Assembly: GCA_947462765.1 (NCBI GenBank)
Contig: CANHQK010000002.1
Span: 38,099-102,098, forward strand
Direction: 5' to 3'
Length of the DNA: 64,000 nucleotides
Source of the DNA: Bdellovibrionales bacterium
GTDB lineage: Bacteria; Bdellovibrionota; UBA1018; CAIMNF01
The first letter of the stretch is position 1; each line of letters begins with the position of its first letter. This document shows positions 57,440-64,000 of this stretch, in pieces. The notes below the pieces were generated by a model. The model did not search any database, was not told the origin of the DNA, and was given only the letters and a program-made list of their open reading frames with translations. A program made the translations under genes and the position numbers.

Positions 57440-58105
57440 TCAATGGACTCGGTTGAGTAATGCGATCATGCGGTTTCGGATTGGGTCTTGCTCGGGAAGG
57501 ATCTTGGAATAGAGCTCCAGAAGCCTCAGTGTACTCGGCGAGGGGGAGCCCGAGCGGACGAGGTCATGATTTTCTGCCAGGTCGAGTGCGAATCGACCGA
57601 GGGATTTAAGAAGTTCGGGTTCACGCTCAATTTGCGCCAGGGCATCGAGGGCGTCGATCAGGTTCGAGGGTGTCCCCTCGTCGAGCACCATGTCTTCCAA
57701 GAAGCTTGCCCCTGACTGGGTGGCCTTCTCGTGTAGCCACTGGATCCACTCTTCATCTGAAGAGAATTGAATGGGTTCGGGAAGGCTTTTCATATGCAAG
57801 GTCCGAGTAGCCCCCGGTACCCCGAGTGCATAGGGCTTTCCCGGAATATTTTTGCCTCGTGAGAGGAGGTTGCGTCTCAAAGACTCCGGGTCCAAAGCGG
57901 GAGAGGGCACTTCTTGTCGCTTCTCGAGAGCTCGAAGGGAAGATGGGTCAGTTTGGAGGTGTTCAGCAAAACGGAGCGTGACCTCCACTTGAGTGGGGAT
58001 TGAGGGTGACAGTGGCCGGACTGGAGTGAGGGGGTCGGGAGAAAGGAGCCCGTAAGAGATGGAAAACAAGACGACTGTCAGCAGAATGACGAGCACTTTT
58101 TCCAT
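57440..58105 (-). CDS. Hypothetical protein with N-terminal membrane anchor
   Basis: Hydrophobic N-terminus, Pro-rich linker, helical C-domain; TAAACT 9 nt upstream of ATG. Confidence 0.55.
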   Translation of the reverse strand: MEKVLVILLTVVLFSISYGLLSPDPLTPVRPLSPSIPTQVEVTLRFAEHLQTDPSSLRALEKRQEVPSPALDPESLRRNLLSRGKNIPGKPYALGVPGATRTLHMKSLPEPIQFSSDEEWIQWLHEKATQSGASFLEDMVLDEGTPSNLIDALDALAQIEREPELLKSLGRFALDLAENHDLVRSGSPSPSTLRLLELYSKILPEQDPIRNRMIALLNRVH

Positions 58106-58180
58106 TCCCGTAACAGTTTATCCTGGGCGGTCGGGGGATTTCAACTCGCCAGAGCCGGGAATCGGGAGGTAAAATGAGAT

Positions 58181-60385
58181 ATGGGAGATCGCTCGATGTT
58201 TGAATCCTTACATTCCCGTAATTTTTGGACCCTCATCATGTTTTCACTGTTGATGTCGGATGTTTCGGGAGCGACAAGAAAGTCCCCGGACGATCTTGAC
58301 GGCTACTGGAAAAAAACCTTCGCAGATGAATTCCAAGGGCCGCCTCCCGAAATGCCCGCCAAGGAGGTCGAACGGTGCTACCAGGTTCCTCCTCGGTGTA
58401 TCGATCTATACAATAATTGGGATCTGGCCTGTTCATCGACTCCGAATCAGACTTTTCCGAAGTTGGCGATGCTGAATAAGTGTGTTTGGAATGTCCACCG
58501 GAGTGTGAATTGGATGTCACCTCAGGTGAACGAATTCACTGCGGACCAAGTGGAAGTCCGGGCGAACGAAGAAAACGGAATTCTCCTGCTGAAAGGTAAT
58601 TCTGTGCTTCCGAACGGGACCGTTCGTCCACCCGGAGGCAGCACCGGTAATGTGAACTTCGGCGATATGAATGAATACAAGGAGTGGATGACTTCACACG
58701 GTTATGTGTGTGCTGGGCCGGAGGGTAGGGGCGAGGCCAATCCAGCTGTCAGGAAATGTCCCATCCGCTCTGGCTTGGTGACTTCGATTTCGCGTCCCGG
58801 TCGGTCTTGGCCCGGGTTTTTCCAACAGTACGGTTTACTTCAAGTGCGTGGCACGATTGCGAGCGGGGACCAAGCTTGGCCGGCTTATTGGATGCTTCCG
58901 GATGCGACCTGGCCGGGGGGCGGCGAGTTTGATCTCATGGAGTCTTGGAATGAGAACAAAGCATCGCAAACTTTCCACACTGGAGTGTGTATCCCGAATG
59001 GTGAAGAAGATCTTTTCCCGGATTCATGCACGGCTGCGAACGGGAAAGCGCGGTGGCATCTCTCGAAGGGCGAGGATTTGGATCATGAACAAACACCGAC
59101 TGGTCATAGCTTTTTTAATCGCTACCACAACTTCAGTCTCGAATGGGATGCCAATCGAATCACCTTCCGTACCGATGGGGTGAATACCAACCGGATCAAT
59201 GAAGGAGACAAGATTCACGGGAGTTCCCCGGCTCGGACTTTGTGGGATGAGATCACAGGGAATGACAAAAAAGCGGCCCATATCCCCAGACGCCCCTTTT
59301 ATTTCCTTCTCAATCACTCAGTGGGTGGAGATGGCAAGGGTCCGAATCCGGTGAGTTTCTCGGAGCAAACCCTCAAGATCGATTATGTCCGGGCTTGGTC
59401 CAAGTGTTCTTTACCGGTGGATTACTGCCCTCGCGGAGGCACTTTCGGCAATGATGGGAATTGCACAGGTTCAGGAATCCATTATGCATCTCCGTGCACC
59501 CGTTGTTTGTACGGAGGGAGTGGCGGAAACCCGAATTGCCAGGTCCGCGGATTTGTCCGACCTGAATTCAATCCGGGCGTGTCTTACTGGGTCGATGCGA
59601 ACCCCCGTTGGCCTGGCGTCTACTACAAAAAGCTCGAGGGAACTTGCGCTGCGGGTGGGACTCCTACTGATGGAAACTGTCAGGTCAAAAATTTCGGCAA
59701 TGCAGTCGCGCATGTTCCAGTACCCGGAGTTCAATACTGGGTGGATGCCAATCCTGCCTGGCCCGGAATCTTTTACAAACAGGTCGGTGGGGCCTGTGTT
59801 TACGGTGGCACGCGTTCTGGCAACGGGAATTGCATGTGGAGGTCCCTCTCCGCCCTCAAGCCGAGCGTGCAGTACTGGGTGGATGGCAATCCACTTTGGC
59901 CGGGGGTCTATTACAAAGGCAGCGGGGGCTCTTGTCCACATGGTGGGGTTGCCAGTGGTCATGGCAACTGCCAGCTCCGGGCCTTTTCTGTGCCGGCCTC
60001 AGCCGGCATCACTCTTCGTCCGGGGGTGCAGTATTGGATGGATCCCGACCCCCGGTGGCCCGGAGTCTACTACAAGCAGATGCAGGGATCTTGCCCGGTG
60101 GGCGGGGTTGCGAGCGGAAACGGGAATTGCCAGCTGGTTGCCTATGCGGCTCCGGCGCAGCCCTACCTGGTGCGCGGGCAGCAGTATTGGGTGGATGCCG
60201 ATCCTCGTTGGTCCGGTGTGTTCTATCGGCAAATTCAAGGGACCTGTCGATACGGCGGAACGGTCTCCGGGAACGGGAACTGCCAGTTGATGAGTTTTAC
60301 GACCGGCGTCCTCGAGGATCACCTCAAATACTTTGTCGACTCGAATCCACGATGGCCCGGAGTGTACTACAGGGCTACTTACTAG
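58181..60385 (+). CDS. Secreted GH16-family glycoside hydrolase with six C-terminal Cys/Trp-rich repeats
   Basis: W..TFADEF.G, QYG..QVR, WPAYWML, WPGGGEFDLME (ExDxxE at 58925-58942), YHNFSLEW, PFYFLLN, IDYVRAW. Confidence 0.88.
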   Translation: MGDRSMFESLHSRNFWTLIMFSLLMSDVSGATRKSPDDLDGYWKKTFADEFQGPPPEMPAKEVERCYQVPPRCIDLYNNWDLACSSTPNQTFPKLAMLNKCVWNVHRSVNWMSPQVNEFTADQVEVRANEENGILLLKGNSVLPNGTVRPPGGSTGNVNFGDMNEYKEWMTSHGYVCAGPEGRGEANPAVRKCPIRSGLVTSISRPGRSWPGFFQQYGLLQVRGTIASGDQAWPAYWMLPDATWPGGGEFDLMESWNENKASQTFHTGVCIPNGEEDLFPDSCTAANGKARWHLSKGEDLDHEQTPTGHSFFNRYHNFSLEWDANRITFRTDGVNTNRINEGDKIHGSSPARTLWDEITGNDKKAAHIPRRPFYFLLNHSVGGDGKGPNPVSFSEQTLKIDYVRAWSKCSLPVDYCPRGGTFGNDGNCTGSGIHYASPCTRCLYGGSGGNPNCQVRGFVRPEFNPGVSYWVDANPRWPGVYYKKLEGTCAAGGTPTDGNCQVKNFGNAVAHVPVPGVQYWVDANPAWPGIFYKQVGGACVYGGTRSGNGNCMWRSLSALKPSVQYWVDGNPLWPGVYYKGSGGSCPHGGVASGHGNCQLRAFSVPASAGITLRPGVQYWMDPDPRWPGVYYKQMQGSCPVGGVASGNGNCQLVAYAAPAQPYLVRGQQYWVDADPRWSGVFYRQIQGTCRYGGTVSGNGNCQLMSFTTGVLEDHLKYFVDSNPRWPGVYYRATY
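59504..60385 (+). repeat. Six tandem coding repeats C-x2-GG-x(4-6)-NC...YWVD-x-NP-x-WPGVYY
   Basis: YWVDANPRWPGVYY, YWVDANPAWPGIFY, YWVDGNPLWPGVYY, YWMDPDPRWPGVYY, YWVDADPRWSGVFY, YFVDSNPRWPGVYY. Confidence 0.92.
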
Positions 60386-61124
60386 ACGAGGTCTCGCGTC
60401 TTTGGCTTGCGCTCTTGGCACGGTAGCGGAGGTTCAGCATTTCGACACCGAGTGAAAACGCCATGGCGAAATAGATGTAGCCTTTCGGAATATGGGCACC
60501 CATGCCCTCTCCGACCAGCATCACTCCGATCATGAGCAAGAACGACAAAGCGAGCATCTTGATGGTCGGATGCCGTTCCACAAATTCTCCGATTCCTTTA
60601 GCCGATAACAGCATGATGAGCATGGAGATCAGCATGGCTGCAATCATGACGGGGACTTCATTGGCCATTCCGACTGCCGTGATCACCGAATCCAAAGAAA
60701 ACACGAGATCTAGGAGCAGAATCTGGAAAAGCATGGCTCCGGCTCCCGGATGGCGCATCCGCGGCGATTGTTCGGCATGGTGCAAGTGAACTTCGGGATC
60801 GCCCTCCAGCTTGTGGTGGATCTCGAAAGTGGACTTCGCCAACAGAAACAGGCCTCCACCGAGAAGGATCAGATCCCTCCCTGAAAAGGATCGACCGAAT
60901 GCATCGAACCAGGGTTGGGTGAGGCTCATGATCCAGCTGATGGAAAGCAGCAGGAGAACTCGAATGGCCAAAGCCAAGGTGATTCCCAGACGTCGGATTT
61001 TTTCGCGCTGAGCCATCGGGAGTCGGCCCACCAGGATGGCAATGAAGATGATGTTGTCGATGCCAAGAACGGTTTCCATGGCGGTCAAGGTCACAAGCGA
61101 GGTGATGGATTCAAATGTGAGCAT
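60375..61124 (-). CDS. TerC family integral membrane protein
   Basis: LTAMETVLGIDNIIFI, SGRDLILLGGGLFL, DLVFSLDSVITAVG, HPTIKMLALSFL, PKGYIYFAMAFS. Confidence 0.95.
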   Translation of the reverse strand: MLTFESITSLVTLTAMETVLGIDNIIFIAILVGRLPMAQREKIRRLGITLALAIRVLLLLSISWIMSLTQPWFDAFGRSFSGRDLILLGGGLFLLAKSTFEIHHKLEGDPEVHLHHAEQSPRMRHPGAGAMLFQILLLDLVFSLDSVITAVGMANEVPVMIAAMLISMLIMLLSAKGIGEFVERHPTIKMLALSFLLMIGVMLVGEGMGAHIPKGYIYFAMAFSLGVEMLNLRYRAKSASQRRETSSSK

Positions 61125-61286
61125 GGTTGGGACTCCCGCGCACATCATGCATGAAAACTTTGGTTTTTTCCACAGTAGACCCACAAGCATGGGTCCGGCT
61201 CTTTGGTTTGATGCGGAGATGCGAATTGATTCGGATAAAAGAATGATGCAGGATGTCTCAGCTGCGTTTTCCGATAGGTGTCGTGA

Positions 61287-61652
61287 ATGAGTTTGCCAAG
61301 AAAGAAACGAACAGCACGTAAGCCTCTGGATTCTCCATTCAGGAAGAATCTACAAAGCCTCATGAGAGAGAAGGGTTTGACGGCAAAAAAAGTGGCAGAG
61401 CTCTCTGGCGTGAGTCCGACCGTGGTTCAAAACTGGCTGACTGGATCGGTTCCTCATAACTTTTTAGCAGTGGCCAGCCTCTCGAACGCACTCGGGGTCG
61501 ATTTCCAATGGCTCCTCACCGGTGTGCACGGAGCCGCTCCGACGGTGAACGCGCTGAGCTTGGGTGAATTGTTCGATATTGAGCCTGATCCGAGTTTTTC
61601 GGGATTATTCATGCTCGAGGCGAAGCGCCTCAGGCGGAAGGACGGAGCTTGA
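61287..61652 (+). CDS. XRE-family helix-turn-helix regulator
   Basis: FRKNLQSLMREKGLT..VAELSGVS..VVQNWLTG..P..LSNALGVDFQWLLTG. Confidence 0.85.
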   Translation: MSLPRKKRTARKPLDSPFRKNLQSLMREKGLTAKKVAELSGVSPTVVQNWLTGSVPHNFLAVASLSNALGVDFQWLLTGVHGAAPTVNALSLGELFDIEPDPSFSGLFMLEAKRLRRKDGA

Positions 61653-61680
61653 AATAAAAAAAGCCCGCTTGCGCAGGCTT
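61652..61680 (-). terminator. Rho-independent terminator downstream of tRNA-Ala
   Basis: Minus strand AAGCCTGC-GCAA-GCGGGCTT followed by T-run. Confidence 0.8.
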
Positions 61681-61691
61681 AGTTTATTGAA

Positions 61692-61767
61692 TGGTGGAGG
61701 TGAACGGATTCGAACCGATGACCCCCTGCTTGCAAAGCAGGTGCTCTACCAACTGAGCTACACCCCC
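61692..61767 (-). tRNA. tRNA-Ala(TGC)
   Basis: 76-nt cloverleaf GGGGGTGTAGCTCAGTTGGTAGAGC..TTGCAA..GGTTCGAATCC..CACCTCCACCA, G3:U70 Ala identity pair, encoded CCA. Confidence 0.98.
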
Positions 61768-61793
61768 ATCGGGTAGTTGACTTCGAGTGATCG

Positions 61794-61821
61794 GGTATAC
61801 CAAATCCCGAGTGAAAGACAA
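61794..61821 (-). promoter_or_regulatory. Sigma70-type promoter of tRNA-Ala
   Basis: Minus strand TTGTCT-N16-TATACC with TG extension. Confidence 0.55.
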
Positions 61822-61951
61822 GTCGTAATTTTGGAAGCGTCGGAGCCGAATTGCGCCCAAACTTGAGGTGCCCGGGTGGGGCCATTTCGGGATGAGTGAT
61901 GGGTGCGAAGGTAAAAGTTTCCTCATTCCAAATACTTGAGCTTGGACGGGC

Positions 61952-61968
61952 TTGGCATGCGGTTTGCT
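61952..61968 (+). promoter_or_regulatory. Sigma54 (-24/-12) promoter
   Basis: TTGGCATGCGGTTTGCT, near-consensus TGGCA..TTGCW with GG-N10-GC spacing. Confidence 0.8.
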
Positions 61969-62026
61969 GTTCAGGATGCCAATGAGTGAAAGACGAACTT
62001 CTCGCTCAGGCATCCGGGGGGATGGT

Positions 62027-63085
62027 ATGAAGCTCAAGATCGCTACTGTTTTTTTCCTGTTCATCATAGTCCGAGGAGAGGCATTGGCTCGAAGTCAGAG
62101 GCCGATTGATCTGGAGTCGGCGGCCCCCGTCCAATTGGCGACTCTCACCGATCAACGGCACGAGCCCATTTACGGACAGGAACCTTACGAGTCGACCTGT
62201 TCCCGGGAGGTTTTCTCGCATCACGAGTCGGTCTGCCATACCGTCAGCGATACTGTTTGTCGCGGAGGGGGCGAAGTTTGCACAACCGAGGAGGATTCGG
62301 TTTGTAACTCGAATGGCTGCGTCAGTGTTCCGAGACGAGTGTGTCATTCCACTCCCCAGACTTGTTCCGAGGTGCCCCGGCAGGTGTGTGAATCGCGCCC
62401 GGTCTATGTGACCGAACACTATTCCTGCACCCGTTACCGGACGGTCGTGGTCGGTCAGAGGTTGGTCAAAACCTATCAGCACCAAGTTGAAGTCAGGCTC
62501 GAGGATGCCGCATCATTCGCAGGACAGCGTCTGCGACTGGTGGTTCACGCTAGGGAGAATGTGCTGTCGGTCGACCTGATCAGCGCCTTTCCGGAAGGAA
62601 TTCTTTTGAAATCGATTGAACGGGTGCGGAGTCAGGATGCTGGTGATTTCGAATCGATTTCGTCACGGATCGTGATTCGGAGGGGGGTGTCAGCCGAGGT
62701 GATCAAAAGGTTCCAGGGGGGCGTCTTGTCGGGCCTGGCACTGGGAAGAGCGGGTGTTCGCTTTGACCTGACCGGTTTGGCGGGATTGGAAGACGGACTC
62801 AAGGTCCGTCTTGACCTGAAACGCACTCCTCAGGCGTGGTTCAAGACGACACTTTATGATGGAGAAGTGGACACGGCGGGATTGGGTTGGGTTTCGCAAG
62901 GTGCATCGATCCGTGCGGTGATTCCCTTCGGGAAGATCGGGATTGCGAATCTATCGAACAAGCGACACGAGATGAGGATTTCCATCCGCCTCAACCCGGA
63001 ATCAGTACTGAATGTGCGTGACTTCCGGTCGGAATTCGATCGTCGGATTGAGGGAAAGATCGAGAAATCGAACCCGACCTTTTGA
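62027..63085 (+). CDS. Secreted protein with a ten-Cys symmetric hairpin insertion
   Basis: Signal peptide ending ALA, GGGGGG SD, Cys spacing 12-8-7-8-5-8-7-8-13, beta-rich C-terminal domain. Confidence 0.8.
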   Translation: MKLKIATVFFLFIIVRGEALARSQRPIDLESAAPVQLATLTDQRHEPIYGQEPYESTCSREVFSHHESVCHTVSDTVCRGGGEVCTTEEDSVCNSNGCVSVPRRVCHSTPQTCSEVPRQVCESRPVYVTEHYSCTRYRTVVVGQRLVKTYQHQVEVRLEDAASFAGQRLRLVVHARENVLSVDLISAFPEGILLKSIERVRSQDAGDFESISSRIVIRRGVSAEVIKRFQGGVLSGLALGRAGVRFDLTGLAGLEDGLKVRLDLKRTPQAWFKTTLYDGEVDTAGLGWVSQGASIRAVIPFGKIGIANLSNKRHEMRISIRLNPESVLNVRDFRSEFDRRIEGKIEKSNPTF

Positions 63086-63090
63086 GCGTC

Positions 63091-64000
63091 CTACCTGCCT
63101 TTGATCTGGTGGATTCCGTAACTCTTCAGTTTGGTGTGCAGATAGGACCGGTCCATTCCGAGTTCCTGGGCCATCTTGGAAACATTCGCATTCAGGCGGC
63201 GATAATGGAGGGACAAATAGGTTTTTTCGAATTTCTCGACCGCGCGGTAAAAGTCGGGTTCTGCCAGGGGGTCACCCTCTCCGTTTGAAGTTTGAACCCG
63301 GATTTGAGTTTTGCCAGGAGTGGGAGAGGAGCCCTGCATCCGGAACTTCGGTGGTAAATCGAAAGGTGAAACCTCTTCGGACTCGCCCATGGTGTAGAGA
63401 TACAGGACCAGGTTGGAGAGCTCACGGATATTCCCCGGGAACGGATAGCGCTCGATTAAATCCAGAGTCTCAGGAAGGAATCGCAAAGGCGGACTCCCTT
63501 CTGCGTGAATCCGCGAAAAATGCTCGAGTAAGTCCGGAATGTCCTCAGGCCGTTCGCGGAGCGGGGGGAGGTCGATCTGAAGCACGTTGATTCGTTGGTA
63601 AAGATCGTCTTTGAAGGTCCCTCCGTTCACCATGCCCTGGATCTCGCGATTGGTTGCAGCGATCACGCGGAAATCCAGCTGGAGAGGTCGTGAGGATCCG
63701 ATCCTCAGGACTTCTTTCTCCTGAATCGCCCGGAGCAGCTTGTTCTGGATTTCGAGCGGCATGTTGCCCAGTTCATCGAAGTAGAGAGCTCCGCCGTCCG
63801 CTTCTTCGAAGAGTCCCGGAGTAGATTTTTCAGCCCCGGTGAATGCGCCTTTTTCGTATCCGAAAAGGATGCTCTCGGCGACCGAACTTTGGATCGTACT
63901 GGAGTCGACCGCCACGAAAGGTTCGAGTAGACCGTCTGAGAGCGTCTTGCGAAGCATTCGGGCCACGACTTCTTTGCCTGTTCCGGTTTCGCCTTGGATG
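63091..64000 (-). CDS. Sigma54-dependent enhancer-binding protein, C-terminal part (5' end outside window)
   Basis: IQGETGTGKEVVAR at window edge, ESILFGYEKGAFTGA, FDELG, FPGNIREL, Fis HTH. Confidence 0.93.
   Translation of the reverse strand, partial: IQGETGTGKEVVARMLRKTLSDGLLEPFVAVDSSTIQSSVAESILFGYEKGAFTGAEKSTPGLFEEADGGALYFDELGNMPLEIQNKLLRAIQEKEVLRIGSSRPLQLDFRVIAATNREIQGMVNGGTFKDDLYQRINVLQIDLPPLRERPEDIPDLLEHFSRIHAEGSPPLRFLPETLDLIERYPFPGNIRELSNLVLYLYTMGESEEVSPFDLPPKFRMQGSSPTPGKTQIRVQTSNGEGDPLAEPDFYRAVEKFEKTYLSLHYRRLNANVSKMAQELGMDRSYLHTKLKSYGIHQIKGR

Noticed and set aside
59385..60426. Alternative-frame ORFs (301 aa, 198 aa) and DNA-level periodicity in the GH16 tail, considered as CRISPR or overlapping gene
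   Set aside because: Repeats vary at synonymous positions and conserve protein sequence; period and degeneracy do not fit CRISPR
61287..61767. Prophage or ICE integrated at tRNA-Ala
   Set aside because: Only an XRE regulator; no integrase, phage or conjugation genes and no att duplicate noticed
61564..62067. Short ORFs spanning the tRNA
   Set aside because: Spurious translations across tRNA-Ala and its promoter

Overview
A gene-dense, GC-rich bacterial chromosome window. Gene content (NtrYX-type pair with GAFTGA, archaeal/eukaryote-type ProS, gatCAB, VKOR-DsbA, many secreted Cys-rich/RCC1/NHL proteins, sigma54 activators) suggests a Bdellovibrionota/Oligoflexia-like or other delta-proteobacteria-like organism; this is inference, not proven. 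Roughly 1-32 kb is housekeeping (pruA, M32 peptidase, ntrYX-like, proS-pyrF-rlmB, tatD/VKOR-DsbA/ccdA, dksA, glmU-pcrA, gatCAB-asmA-ppx, zapA-5-FTHF cyclo-ligase-ymdB). Roughly 32-64 kb is accessory-looking: a short pilin, outer-membrane and secreted proteins, a persulfide-sensor-type ArsR-TolC-RND-DUF2892 operon without a periplasmic adaptor, a PiT-PHP-PhoB/PhoR-like-M14 cluster with a sensor-less kinase, a CarH/LitR-folE-cryptochrome DASH light module, an NHL lipoprotein, a GH16 enzyme with six unusual Cys/Trp repeats, TerC, a stand-alone tRNA-Ala(TGC), and a sigma54-promoter gene encoding a secreted protein with mirror-symmetric Cys spacing. No CRISPR array, rRNA, integrase or transposase was seen. 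The most notable non-coding signals are: many operon-leading genes have a TAnnnT (-10) hexamer 6-7 nt before the start codon (leaderless mRNAs), including a 15-bp back-to-back promoter; two sigma54 promoters; a candidate sigma28 promoter; and clear operators for the ArsR, CarH-like and PhoB-like regulators. All calls are from motif recognition by eye; no database searches were run.
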